The notes below the pieces were generated by a model, which saw only the letters and a program-made list of their open reading frames with translations, ran no database searches and was not told the DNA's origin. Of a stretch of 64,000 bases of DNA, positions 10,034 through 19,189 are shown one piece after another. The translations under genes were made by a program, and so were the position numbers. How positions within the stretch are numbered: the stretch's first letter is position 1; every line of letters starts with the position of its first letter. Source of the DNA: Kaistella sp. (GTDB lineage: Bacteria; Bacteroidota; Bacteroidia; Flavobacteriales; Weeksellaceae); assembly GCA_041913105.1 (NCBI GenBank), contig JAYSFV010000002.1:353834-417833 (forward strand), written 5' to 3'.

Positions 10034-11074
10034 CTAAAAAAGTTTGAGTTGCTGGTCTCGCGAGCCTGTAAAGTTTTCTGTTGAGAGGATAGGCATTTCC
10101 TTGTCTGCAAAATACTTACGTTTTGCCAAGGCAAAGGTGTTATGAATGAGTTCTGCGATATTTCCCTCGCCTTTATACCGCTGAAAGTATCTTTTTTCGC
10201 CGAGATTTCCGCCGCGAATAGAGCGGATGAGGTTCAGGACTTTTTGAGCGCGGTCTGGAAACTGAGATTCAATCCAGTTTACAAAAACAGGTTCCACGGT
10301 ATCATTTAATCGAACTAAAACATAGCTGAAATTTATCGCTCCCGTGTCTGCAACGGTTTTCACGATATTCAAACTTTCATCACTGGTAAGCCCGGGAATA
10401 ACGGGAGCCACCATCACCCCCACCGGAATTCCATTTTCGGTTAATACTTCAATCGCTTTCAGTTTATTTTTCGCAGTGGAAGTGCGTGGCTCCATTTTTC
10501 GACGAATTTCTTCATTAAGTGTAGGAATGCTAAAAGAAACAGAAACTAGATTTTGCTCTGCCAAAGGTTTAAGGATGTCAAGATCCCTCAACACTAAAGC
10601 ATTTTTGGTTAAGATGGAAACGGGATGCCGATAGTCTAAACAAAGTTTTAAAAGTTGTCGGGTAATTTCAAATTGTCGTTCAGCAGGCTGATAGCAATCG
10701 GTGTTGCCGGAGAACATGATAGGTCTCGCGACGTAATTTCTTTTTTGAAAATATTTTTCGAGGAGTTCCGGTGCGTTTTTTTTGACCATAATTTTACGCT
10801 CAAAATCGATACCAGCAGAAAAACCCCAAAACTCATGCGTTGGTCGTGCAAAACAATAAGAACATCCATGCTCACAACCTTGATAAGGGTTCAGCGAATA
10901 TTCCATCCTTAAATCCGGACTTTTTACTTCATTTACAATGCTTTTAGGAAAAACCTCAATGAAGGAAGTTTTAAGGTTTTCAAACTCTTCTTCTTCAGGT
11001 TCAAAAGTATAGCGGTCGAAACGGTTTACCTCGTTTCGCTGTGCGCCTTGCCCTTTTTTCGAGTTATGATCCAT
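10034..11074 (-). CDS. radical SAM protein (PA0069/SplB-like family)
   Basis: 346 aa with the cluster motif CEHGCSYC. Confidence 0.8.
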   Translation of the reverse strand: MDHNSKKGQGAQRNEVNRFDRYTFEPEEEEFENLKTSFIEVFPKSIVNEVKSPDLRMEYSLNPYQGCEHGCSYCFARPTHEFWGFSAGIDFERKIMVKKNAPELLEKYFQKRNYVARPIMFSGNTDCYQPAERQFEITRQLLKLCLDYRHPVSILTKNALVLRDLDILKPLAEQNLVSVSFSIPTLNEEIRRKMEPRTSTAKNKLKAIEVLTENGIPVGVMVAPVIPGLTSDESLNIVKTVADTGAINFSYVLVRLNDTVEPVFVNWIESQFPDRAQKVLNLIRSIRGGNLGEKRYFQRYKGEGNIAELIHNTFALAKRKYFADKEMPILSTENFTGSRDQQLKLF

Positions 11075-11114
11075 AAAAAGTAAACGTAAATTTAGTGGTT
11101 AAAGTGCAGAAACG

Positions 11115-11147
11115 ACAAAAAAAATCCTGCTCTCTAAACGAAGCAGG
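11115..11147 (-). terminator. intrinsic terminator of the small 64-aa ORF
   Basis: Minus strand has a CCTGCT...AGCAGG stem followed by ATTTTTTTT. Confidence 0.5.
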
Positions 11148-11177
11148 TTTATTTGTACTATTTTATTATTGGAATTA

Positions 11178-11372
11178 TTACAGCATTGCTAAAAACTCAA
11201 CCCCGTGGTGGTTTTCATCGCGATATCTGCGGTCGAAATGTCGATGAAAGTCATCGTAATATTCAGAATATTTGCGGTGTTTGCTGCCAACAAATCTTTT
11301 GAAGCCAAATATTCCTAATCCCACAATTACTCCCAGACCTCCTGCAAGTAAAATTCCGGTTTCTCTTTTCAT
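11178..11372 (-). CDS. small single-pass membrane protein with His/Arg/Tyr-rich tail (hypothetical)
   Basis: 64 aa with a TM helix GILLAGGLGVIVGLGIFGF. It has its own terminator. Coding status is unproven. Confidence 0.4.
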   Translation of the reverse strand: MKRETGILLAGGLGVIVGLGIFGFKRFVGSKHRKYSEYYDDFHRHFDRRYRDENHHGVEFLAML

Positions 11373-11484
11373 ATATTAAATTATTTCGTGTTTTAAATTT
11401 ATACAAATTACATACCTTTTCCAAAATTTTAGTTTTAAAGTTTGTTAATGCGACTCTAAAATTGCTCGTCTTAGCATAAATTTC

Positions 11485-11492
11485 TAATTTTG
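11485..11492 (+). promoter_or_regulatory. candidate -7 box
   Basis: TAATTTTG lies 17 nt before ATG 11510. Confidence 0.4.
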
Positions 11493-11509
11493 GGAAAAAC
11501 AGTTTATCA

Positions 11510-13621
11510 ATGAAAACCTTTTCCATTGCTTTAACGGGCGCACTTTTTCTAGCCGCCTGTTCTCCACAACAGATGTCGCAAAACAGAACTTATCCCGAAA
11601 CCAAAAAAGTTGATCACGCCGATGAGTATTTCGGAACTAAAGTTAATGATCCTTACCGATGGTTGGAAGATGATCGTGCCTCCGATACTAAAGATTGGGT
11701 ACAGCGCCAAGTTGCATACACCAATGATTATCTGAAGGAAATTCCGTTTCGGGAAGAAATAAGATCTCAACTGAAAGATATTTGGAACTACGAAAAAATT
11801 GGCGCACCCTTTAAAGAAGGTGATTACACTTATTTTTATAAAAATGATGGTCTACAAGCTCAATCGGTATTATACCGAACTGATAAAAATGGTAAAACCG
11901 AAGTTTTTTTGGATCCCAACAAATTCTCGGAAAAAGGAACAACATCTCTTTCTGGGGTAAGATTTAATAAAAAAGGGAATCTTGTAGCTTATTCAATTTC
12001 TGAAGGAGGAAGCGACTGGAATAAAATTATCATAATGAATGCTCTCACCAAAGAAATCATCGATGAAACTATTGTAGATGTAAAATTCTCAGGAGCATCT
12101 TGGTTAGGAGATGAAGGATTTTACTATTCAAGTTATGATAAGCCGGATGGAAGCGAACTTTCTGCCAAGACCGACACCCATAAAGTATATTTCCATAAGT
12201 TAGGAACCAAACAGTCTGAAGATCGATTAGTCATTGGTGGTCCCGATTTTAAACGCAGATACATGAATATTGGGGTATCTGATGATGAGCGATATGAAGT
12301 ATTGAGTGCTTCGGTGGCGACCAACGGTAATGAACTTTATATTAAAGATTTAAAAAACAAAACTGATTTTATACCCATCCAAAAAGGTTATGATGTCAAT
12401 ACCGATTTCATCGATTCTAAAGGTGATATAATTTATGCTTTAACCGACAAAGATGCACCTAATATGCGTTTGGTGAAATTCGACATTAAAAATCCAACCG
12501 TGTGGACCGATGTTATTCCCCAAACGGAAAATGTGCTTAGCGTTTCCACAGGTGGAGGCTATATTTTCGCAAGATATATGAAGGATGCAATTACTTCGGT
12601 ACGTCAATATGATTACAACGGGAAGTTAATCAGAACCATTGAGCTTCCTGGAGCCGGTACCGCAGGAGGTTTTGGAGGAAAAGACACCGATAAGGAAGTT
12701 TATTATTCTTACACCAATTACATTACGCCAGGAACGATTTATAAGTATAATGTAGAAACCGGGAAATCTCAGGTCTATCAAAAACCGAATGTGAAATTCA
12801 ATCCAGAGGATTACGTTTCGGAACAGGTTTTCTATACATCAAAAGATGGTACCAAAGTTCCTATGATGATTAATTATAAAAAGGGAACTAAGCTTGACGG
12901 TAAAAATCCAACAATCCTTTATTCTTACGGCGGATTTAACATCAGTTTGCAGCCATCTTTCTCTGTTGTTAATGCAATTTGGATGGAAAATGGAGGGATT
13001 TACGCTGTTCCAAACATCCGTGGCGGAGGCGAATATGGAAAGAAGTGGCACGATGCAGGTACCAAAATGCAAAAGAAAAATGTATTTGATGATTTCATCG
13101 CTGCCGGCGAATATTTGCAAAGTAAAGGTTACACCTCAAAAGAATACATGGCACTTTCTGGGCGATCAAATGGCGGTCTACTCGTAGGTGCAACAATGAC
13201 GATGCGTCCTGATTTGGCGAAAGTTGCATTTCCTGGAGTGGGAGTTTTAGATATGCTACGTTACAACAAATTTACAGCTGGAGCCGGTTGGAGTTATGAC
13301 TACGGAACGGCCGAGGACAGCAAAGAAATGTTTGATTATTTAAAATCATATTCTCCTGTTCATAATGTAAAAGAGGGAGTTTGTTATCCATCCACTATGA
13401 TTATTACGAGTGATCATGATGACCGTGTTGTACCAGCGCATTCCTTTAAATTTGGAGCAGAACTTCAGGAAAAACAATCTTGTGCAAATCCTGTTTTGGT
13501 AAGAATTGAAGTTAATGCAGGCCACGGCGCAGGCAGAAGCACCGAGCAGGTTATCGGAGAAAATGCCGATTTACTAAGTTTTGCGCTTTATGAAATGGGG
13601 CTTCGCTCTTTAAAAAAATAA
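11510..13621 (+). CDS. prolyl oligopeptidase (S9A serine peptidase), lipoprotein
   Basis: 703 aa with lipobox LFLAACS and the catalytic Ser motif GRSNGGLL. An N-terminal propeller precedes the alpha/beta hydrolase domain. Confidence 0.9.
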   Translation: MKTFSIALTGALFLAACSPQQMSQNRTYPETKKVDHADEYFGTKVNDPYRWLEDDRASDTKDWVQRQVAYTNDYLKEIPFREEIRSQLKDIWNYEKIGAPFKEGDYTYFYKNDGLQAQSVLYRTDKNGKTEVFLDPNKFSEKGTTSLSGVRFNKKGNLVAYSISEGGSDWNKIIIMNALTKEIIDETIVDVKFSGASWLGDEGFYYSSYDKPDGSELSAKTDTHKVYFHKLGTKQSEDRLVIGGPDFKRRYMNIGVSDDERYEVLSASVATNGNELYIKDLKNKTDFIPIQKGYDVNTDFIDSKGDIIYALTDKDAPNMRLVKFDIKNPTVWTDVIPQTENVLSVSTGGGYIFARYMKDAITSVRQYDYNGKLIRTIELPGAGTAGGFGGKDTDKEVYYSYTNYITPGTIYKYNVETGKSQVYQKPNVKFNPEDYVSEQVFYTSKDGTKVPMMINYKKGTKLDGKNPTILYSYGGFNISLQPSFSVVNAIWMENGGIYAVPNIRGGGEYGKKWHDAGTKMQKKNVFDDFIAAGEYLQSKGYTSKEYMALSGRSNGGLLVGATMTMRPDLAKVAFPGVGVLDMLRYNKFTAGAGWSYDYGTAEDSKEMFDYLKSYSPVHNVKEGVCYPSTMIITSDHDDRVVPAHSFKFGAELQEKQSCANPVLVRIEVNAGHGAGRSTEQVIGENADLLSFALYEMGLRSLKK

Positions 13622-13627
13622 TTAACA

Positions 13628-13657
13628 AAAGCTTCCGATCATTCGGGAGCTTTTTTT
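13628..13657 (+). terminator. rho-independent terminator
   Basis: GCTTCCGA-TCAT-TCGGGAGC stem followed by TTTTTTT. Confidence 0.75.
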
Positions 13658-13751
13658 ACTAAAAAATATTTCGCCTTTTTAAGTTTCGGAAAGTAAATTG
13701 CTTTGTGACATGGTCTTGTTATCTAAAATAGTTAAAACCATTTCTAATCGT

Positions 13752-13759
13752 TATTTTTG
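13752..13759 (+). promoter_or_regulatory. candidate mutL -7 box
   Basis: TATTTTTG lies 19 nt before ATG 13779. Confidence 0.4.
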
Positions 13760-13778
13760 TGCGAGGATAAAAATATAG

Positions 13779-15539
13779 ATGTCAGATATTATAAAACTTT
13801 TACCCGACCATGTCGCCAACCAAATCGCCGCTGGCGAAGTGGTGCAGCGGCCTGCATCAATTGTAAAAGAACTTATGGAGAATGCAATAGATGCAAAGGC
13901 TACAAAAGTTGAACTCATCATTCGTGATGCCGGAAAAAATCTTATTCAGGTGGTCGATAATGGGATCGGGATGAGCGAAACCGATGCACGACTTGCGTTT
14001 GAGCGACACGCAACTTCTAAAATACAAACTACAGAAGATATTTTCAGGATTTCTACCAAAGGATTTCGCGGGGAAGCCTTAGCTTCTATCGCGGCCGTAG
14101 CACAGGTGGAACTTCGTACAAAGAAGCAAGGTGCACATACAGGGACTAATATTTATATTGAAGGCGGTGGATTTCAGTTTCAAGAGCCCATACAAACGGC
14201 TGAGGGCTCTAATTTTCTGGTTAAAAACCTTTTCTATAATGTACCGGCGCGCCGGAAATTCCTCAAAAATAATAATGTAGAATTTCGTCATATTATTGAT
14301 GAGTTTCAACGGGTGGCGTTGGCTCATGAAGATTTAGACTTCGAACTTTTCCATAATGATGAGGTTGTTTTTCGACTTCGAAAGGCCGGATTATTGCAAA
14401 GAATCGTTGAGATTTTCGGGCGTAAACTGCATTCACTTCTCATACCAATAAAGGAGGATTTGGGTTGGGTAAAACTGAATGGTTTTGTGGCGAAGCCAGA
14501 AGGCGCCAAGAAAGTGCGAGGCGAGCAGTTTTTCTTTGTTAATGGCAGATATTTCCGAAGTGCTTATTTTAACAAAGCAGTTCAGGAAGCGTTTGATGGA
14601 CTCTTGCTGCCAGGATATATTCCCACTTTCTTCCTATTTTTAGAACTTGATCCTGAGAAGGTGGATGTGAATATTCACCCACAGAAAACCGAGGTTAAAT
14701 TTGAAGATGAAAATCTCATTTTTGCCCTTATTCGTTCCACAATCAAAAAATCTTTAGGGATCTATAACGTAGCCCCGAGTCTGGATTTTGAGAAAGATTC
14801 CAGTATTGATGCATTTGTGGTTCATAAAAATTCTTCAGCGGTTTTCCGTGCTCCTGAAATCACCGTAGACCGGGATTACAATCCGTTCCTAGAAGAAAAG
14901 TCATCGAGTGGCGAACGTTTGGCGATGACCGAAATTTATCAGCAAACCACTGCGGCAGCACCCTCGAAAATCAATTTGTTTGAGGAAGAAGATTTCGATG
15001 AAGATTTAATGCGACTTCCAAATGGATATTGGCTCTTTAATAAGGGCGGTAAAACGTTAATGCTTGATTTGGGACGAATGCACCGATTGATTGTTTCGGA
15101 AAGAAATGCCGGAAAAAAGTCCAGCCGTGAAAGGCATACGCTTCTATTCTCTCTTGAATATCATATGAATGAGACCGAAAAAATGAAGTTCCGGTCGATA
15201 AAAAAATACCTGCCGGATCTAGGTTTTGAAATGGTTCTGGCGAATGATAATGTCCTACGGATTGATGCGGTACCCGAAGGCTTGAAAGAAACCCAAGTGA
15301 TGAAATTCATGGAACAGCTCTTTGAAATTCTGGAATACCGAACAGAAGAAGAGTTTATTCATTTCTATGAAAATCAGTGGAATAAAATCCAAAGCAAATC
15401 CAGATTTGATTTTATCTATAAAACAGATGCTGAACTCGTGATTAAAGATTTTACAGCGTTAGGTTTCCCGGAATATTTACCCTCCGGAAAGCGATGTTAT
15501 ATTGAACTTCCGCTGGAAGATCTTAAAAATAAATTTTAA
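13779..15539 (+). CDS. mutL: DNA mismatch repair protein MutL
   Basis: 586 aa with GHKL ATPase motifs ELMENAIDA, VVDNGIGM and GFRGEAL. The C-terminal dimerisation domain is of the E. coli-like type (see findings). Confidence 0.95.
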   Translation: MSDIIKLLPDHVANQIAAGEVVQRPASIVKELMENAIDAKATKVELIIRDAGKNLIQVVDNGIGMSETDARLAFERHATSKIQTTEDIFRISTKGFRGEALASIAAVAQVELRTKKQGAHTGTNIYIEGGGFQFQEPIQTAEGSNFLVKNLFYNVPARRKFLKNNNVEFRHIIDEFQRVALAHEDLDFELFHNDEVVFRLRKAGLLQRIVEIFGRKLHSLLIPIKEDLGWVKLNGFVAKPEGAKKVRGEQFFFVNGRYFRSAYFNKAVQEAFDGLLLPGYIPTFFLFLELDPEKVDVNIHPQKTEVKFEDENLIFALIRSTIKKSLGIYNVAPSLDFEKDSSIDAFVVHKNSSAVFRAPEITVDRDYNPFLEEKSSSGERLAMTEIYQQTTAAAPSKINLFEEEDFDEDLMRLPNGYWLFNKGGKTLMLDLGRMHRLIVSERNAGKKSSRERHTLLFSLEYHMNETEKMKFRSIKKYLPDLGFEMVLANDNVLRIDAVPEGLKETQVMKFMEQLFEILEYRTEEEFIHFYENQWNKIQSKSRFDFIYKTDAELVIKDFTALGFPEYLPSGKRCYIELPLEDLKNKF

Positions 15540-15541
15540 AT

Positions 15542-16297
15542 ATGTTTCCAAAGCTTACTCCGATAACTAAAAATATTGTCATTCTTTGTGCGGTAACGTA
15601 TGTTCTTGCCAATTTTTTCTTTCCGCAGATGTATTATCTGATGTCTGCGTATTACCCATTTTCGCCCAATTTTAAATCCTGGCAAATTGTCACCCATATG
15701 TTTATGCATGCCGGCATTGGTGATGGCGTGGGGTTAACTCATATTTTATTTAATATGCTGACGCTCTGGAGTTTTGGCCCTGCTTTAGAACAGACGCTTG
15801 ACAGTAAGCGATATACCATTCTTTATTTTGCGAGTGGGCTAGGAGCATTCATCCTATTCAACCTTTGGAATTTTTATGAAGTTAACCAAATCGTTACTAG
15901 GCTGCATTCCCTAGGAATTAACCCCGCCGAAATATATCACAAAGCCGTTATAGGATATAGTGGTGATCTGAGTATCTCGGCCAAGACCGGTGAAGGCGCT
16001 GTCTTGTCTCAGCAGTTGTTTATTGCTTTAAGAACGCCGATGCTTGGTGCGTCGGGAGCGATCTTTGGGGTTGTTGCGGCATTCTCTACTTTATTTCCGA
16101 ACGCGAAACTTTTCTTTATGTTCATTCCATTCCCCATAAAAGCTAAATATTTATTTCCGGGGATTATTGTAATTTCTCTTTATTTAGGCTTTAGTGGTTC
16201 AATGGATGGCGTGGCGCATTTTGCACATATTGGCGGTGCTATTGTGGGTTATTTACTGGCTAGAAACTGGCGAAAACATCTTTATCGATTTAATTAA
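15542..16297 (+). CDS. rhomboid-family intramembrane serine protease
   Basis: 251 aa with a GASGAIFG Ser motif and an HIGGAIVG His motif. Starts 2 nt after the mutL stop. Confidence 0.85.
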   Translation: MFPKLTPITKNIVILCAVTYVLANFFFPQMYYLMSAYYPFSPNFKSWQIVTHMFMHAGIGDGVGLTHILFNMLTLWSFGPALEQTLDSKRYTILYFASGLGAFILFNLWNFYEVNQIVTRLHSLGINPAEIYHKAVIGYSGDLSISAKTGEGAVLSQQLFIALRTPMLGASGAIFGVVAAFSTLFPNAKLFFMFIPFPIKAKYLFPGIIVISLYLGFSGSMDGVAHFAHIGGAIVGYLLARNWRKHLYRFN

Positions 16298-16303
16298 ATA
16301 TTT

Positions 16304-17287
16304 GTGAAGTTCTTCCGGGGAATATTTACTTTAATACACATCAGTATTGTACTTTTATTGGCGGGTACAATGCTTAATCAGTTTATTACTCCACAGGTTT
16401 TTCCGTGGGTGAATATGCTTTCTTTAAGCTTTCCTTTTCTCTTGATTTTACACCTACTTTTGTGTTTTATGTGGATTCTCTTCTGGAGAAAAAGAGCTGT
16501 ACTTTTTTTGTTATCAACTTTTCTATTGTATCAACCTATTATTGGCTGGGTGAACTATTCTCCAAAAGAAGAAGCGGTAACTGACATTACCGTTCTTACC
16601 ATGAATATGAAACGCGGTAACTTTGGTAAGGAGGAGTGTTTACAACATATTAAAAACAGCGGTGCCGATGTATTTTTAGTTCAGGAGTATATTTGGGATT
16701 TAAAGGATACCCAATATCCTCATTTTGTCACAGGTTATGATGTGGTAGCGATTGGATCTAAACATAAAATCATTCAGCAACAAAAAATACCCACTGGTGC
16801 CAACGGGGAGGCTATTTTCGCTGACATCGAAATTAAGGGACAAACGATAAGGTTCATTAGTGTTTATCTCAATCCTTTTATGTTTAAAAAAAGTAAGGTA
16901 AAGCCTACGGATGATTACGATACCAACAAACAAAAACTTCGCTACATAGCTTCCACTTTAATCCCCACATTTAAAATCCATCAATCGGAAATTTTGGCGA
17001 TTCGCAGAGCAATTGAAGAATCTCCATACCCCGTAATTGTGGGAGGCGATTTTAATGCAGTCCCTAATTCATATGAATATTACCAAATTGCAGAGGTTAT
17101 TGAAGACGCTTTTATAGAAGCCGGAAATGGGTTGGGTACGAGCTTCCACGATTATAAATTTCCCATTAGGATCGATTATATTTTTTCTTCCAAAGAATTG
17201 GAAGCTACAACATATCAGGTGGACCGATCTCAAAAACTTTCTGATCATTATCCAGTTAAAGCTTCATTTAAATTTTCTGCACCATGA
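16304..17287 (+). CDS. endonuclease/exonuclease/phosphatase (EEP) family protein with N-terminal membrane anchor
   Basis: 327 aa with a GTG start. About four N-terminal TM helices precede an EEP fold that ends in SDHYPV. Confidence 0.8.
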   Translation: MKFFRGIFTLIHISIVLLLAGTMLNQFITPQVFPWVNMLSLSFPFLLILHLLLCFMWILFWRKRAVLFLLSTFLLYQPIIGWVNYSPKEEAVTDITVLTMNMKRGNFGKEECLQHIKNSGADVFLVQEYIWDLKDTQYPHFVTGYDVVAIGSKHKIIQQQKIPTGANGEAIFADIEIKGQTIRFISVYLNPFMFKKSKVKPTDDYDTNKQKLRYIASTLIPTFKIHQSEILAIRRAIEESPYPVIVGGDFNAVPNSYEYYQIAEVIEDAFIEAGNGLGTSFHDYKFPIRIDYIFSSKELEATTYQVDRSQKLSDHYPVKASFKFSAP

Positions 17288-17529
17288 AGAATCTTTCTGT
17301 TTTGCTTTTAATTATTTTTACCGCCTGCACCAAAGAGAGCAAGCAAGTCACTACAGAATCAACAGATATTTTCGAAAAGCCAAGTTACGATACGACGGCT
17401 ATTGATTCTTTTTCACCTGGAGCTACTTCTAAGTCGATGGAATTACAGATGAGACTTTCAGCACGACGATATCAAGATTCATTAAGAGCACTGTCGGAAC
17501 AAACCAAAGATTCTGTAAAGGCAAAATAA
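17284..17529 (+). CDS. small lipoprotein (hypothetical)
   Basis: 81 aa with lipobox LLIIFTAC. ATGA overlap with the EEP stop. Confidence 0.5.
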   Translation: MKNLSVLLLIIFTACTKESKQVTTESTDIFEKPSYDTTAIDSFSPGATSKSMELQMRLSARRYQDSLRALSEQTKDSVKAK

Positions 17530-17534
17530 CAGAC

Positions 17535-18161
17535 TTAGTCTAAGTCGAATGTTTTATTGGAAGGCAAATTTCTGATTCTGTCCAGAGGATAGATAAACAT
17601 ATCGTCAAAATCATTCATCGCGTTAATAATTTGGAAGTGAGAGTACTCGCTGAGGTTTTGCAAAGTAATTTCTGCTTCCTTTATTTTTTTAGATTTTAAA
17701 AGATGTTGCCTTTGCACACCATTTAAAAGATAGGTGGTTGGTGTAAACCATTCCCGCCCTTTTTTAAACAATAAATTGGAGTATGAAGTGTCAGTAATGC
17801 AATTATTTTTAACAATAATTATTTCTCCGCCATTAGCTTTTTGTGACATTTGCTCTAAAATCTTCCGGTCTTCAAACTTAAATTGATAGTCGAAACTATT
17901 GTTTTCAACAAGCTGAAAGTGTGATATTTCCGAAATAGCGTAGGGGATTAATTGCGTGCGATAGTTTCCGTCTAAATCATAGGTAATTTTAAATTTAAAT
18001 AGACCATCATCGTCCAGATTTAAACTTTTAAAAATCTCTGTTAAATTAATTGGATGACCAGAACAAAACTGCGCAAAAGTCTGATTTACCCTTTCTTGAT
18101 GATAGTTAAGAAGATAGGGTTGCAGATCTTCAACTTTAATGCTTTCTATAAACCGGGACAT
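17535..18161 (-). CDS. fold-type IV PLP enzyme-like protein, probable aminodeoxychorismate lyase
   Basis: 208 aa. Overlaps the pabB 3' end by 26 nt, the usual pabC position. Assignment is tentative. Confidence 0.55.
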   Translation of the reverse strand: MSRFIESIKVEDLQPYLLNYHQERVNQTFAQFCSGHPINLTEIFKSLNLDDDGLFKFKITYDLDGNYRTQLIPYAISEISHFQLVENNSFDYQFKFEDRKILEQMSQKANGGEIIIVKNNCITDTSYSNLLFKKGREWFTPTTYLLNGVQRQHLLKSKKIKEAEITLQNLSEYSHFQIINAMNDFDDMFIYPLDRIRNLPSNKTFDLD

Positions 18162-19122
18162 AAATTTTATTTTTCATTTCTTCGTATTCGTTTTCAAATG
18201 TACTTAAATGAGTTATCCCACCACCACTTTTAAAGTATAATTGTTGATTCTCTTCTTCGATAAACCGAATCATCACACAGGAGTCTAGGTTTTCTCCATC
18301 AAACCACCCACAAACACCGGTATAGAATTTCCGATCGTAATTTTCTGCTTCGAGTATAATTTCCAACGTTTTCTTTTTAGGAGCACCTAGAATGGAGCCA
18401 GCCGGTAACAATTCGCTCATTATTTTACCAATTTTACCTCTGTATTCGGGTTTTAAATTTCCGGTAATCTCAGAACTCATTGCGTAGAGATTTTTCTGCA
18501 TGGTCTCGATATAATCGATCCGCTGGAAGTAATCCACCTTAACATCATTCGCGACAATGCTCAAATCATTCCGCAGCAGGTCAACCACTGTGTAATGCTC
18601 TGCTTTTTCTTTGACATCATTTTTTAAGATTTCCGCTGCATTATCAATCGTTGCATCAATCGTCCCTTTCATAGGATGGGTGGAAATCTGATTTTCTTTT
18701 ATTTCGACGAATGTTTCAGGTGAAAAAAAGACAAATTGCTGTGGATAATACACTTTGTATTTTGCACTACTCGCATAGAAAAGCTCTTCTAGGGTATAAT
18801 TAGTTTCAATAGATGAACGGGACGTGTAGTTGGTTAAATAAGAATTTCCCCGCCGCAAATTTTCCAGGACCACATCAAATCCTCTTTTATAATTTTCTGA
18901 CGATTCCGGACTGGCCTTAAAAATTAAATTCTTATCTGTCTTGTAACCTTTTACGACGTTCGTAAATGATGGAAAATCAATGAGTAATCGGGAATTTATT
19001 AATTGAGTTTGCTCATAGATTTCAACGTTTTGAACCAGAAAATCAATGATGAAAAAAAATGATTTCCCTTTCAATGAAAGTTCATCCATTTTATCAAACT
19101 GAGCTTGTACATCGGCGGTCAT
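18136..19122 (-). CDS. pabB: aminodeoxychorismate synthase component I (chorismate-binding enzyme)
   Basis: Chorismate-binding motifs PMKGT and SGGGITHLS are present. ATG 19122 (MTADVQAQF...) is preferred over the track start 19191, which would overlap the divergent gene. Confidence 0.8.
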   Translation of the reverse strand: MTADVQAQFDKMDELSLKGKSFFFIIDFLVQNVEIYEQTQLINSRLLIDFPSFTNVVKGYKTDKNLIFKASPESSENYKRGFDVVLENLRRGNSYLTNYTSRSSIETNYTLEELFYASSAKYKVYYPQQFVFFSPETFVEIKENQISTHPMKGTIDATIDNAAEILKNDVKEKAEHYTVVDLLRNDLSIVANDVKVDYFQRIDYIETMQKNLYAMSSEITGNLKPEYRGKIGKIMSELLPAGSILGAPKKKTLEIILEAENYDRKFYTGVCGWFDGENLDSCVMIRFIEEENQQLYFKSGGGITHLSTFENEYEEMKNKIYVPVYRKH

Positions 19123-19126
19123 TCGG

Positions 19127-19134
19127 CAAAAGTA
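19127..19134 (-). promoter_or_regulatory. candidate -7 box 4 nt upstream of the pabB ATG
   Basis: Minus strand reads TACTTTTG-CCGA-ATG. Confidence 0.35.
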
Positions 19135-19178
19135 AGAAATCCCAATGCTTAATTTAGCGCCTATTAATGCGAAAGCAT

Positions 19179-19186
19179 TATTTTTG
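19179..19186 (+). promoter_or_regulatory. candidate -7 box 3 nt upstream of ATG 19190
   Basis: TATTTTTG-CAC-ATG. Confidence 0.35.
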
Positions 19187-19189
19187 CAC

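Noticed and set aside
11263-11526. 87-aa minus-strand ORF overlapping the 64-aa ORF and the prolyl oligopeptidase promoter
   Set aside because: It is an alternative frame spanning an intergenic promoter region, with a Lys/Asn/Phe-rich AT-driven composition and no motif.
16304-17287. The idea that the operon-linked EEP nuclease-fold protein is the missing strand-nicking partner of the motif-less MutL
   Set aside because: The protein has about four N-terminal TM helices and is co-operonic with a rhomboid protease and a lipoprotein. That points to an envelope function (phosphatase or lipid-modifying) rather than a cytoplasmic DNA nickase. It is mentioned only as context.
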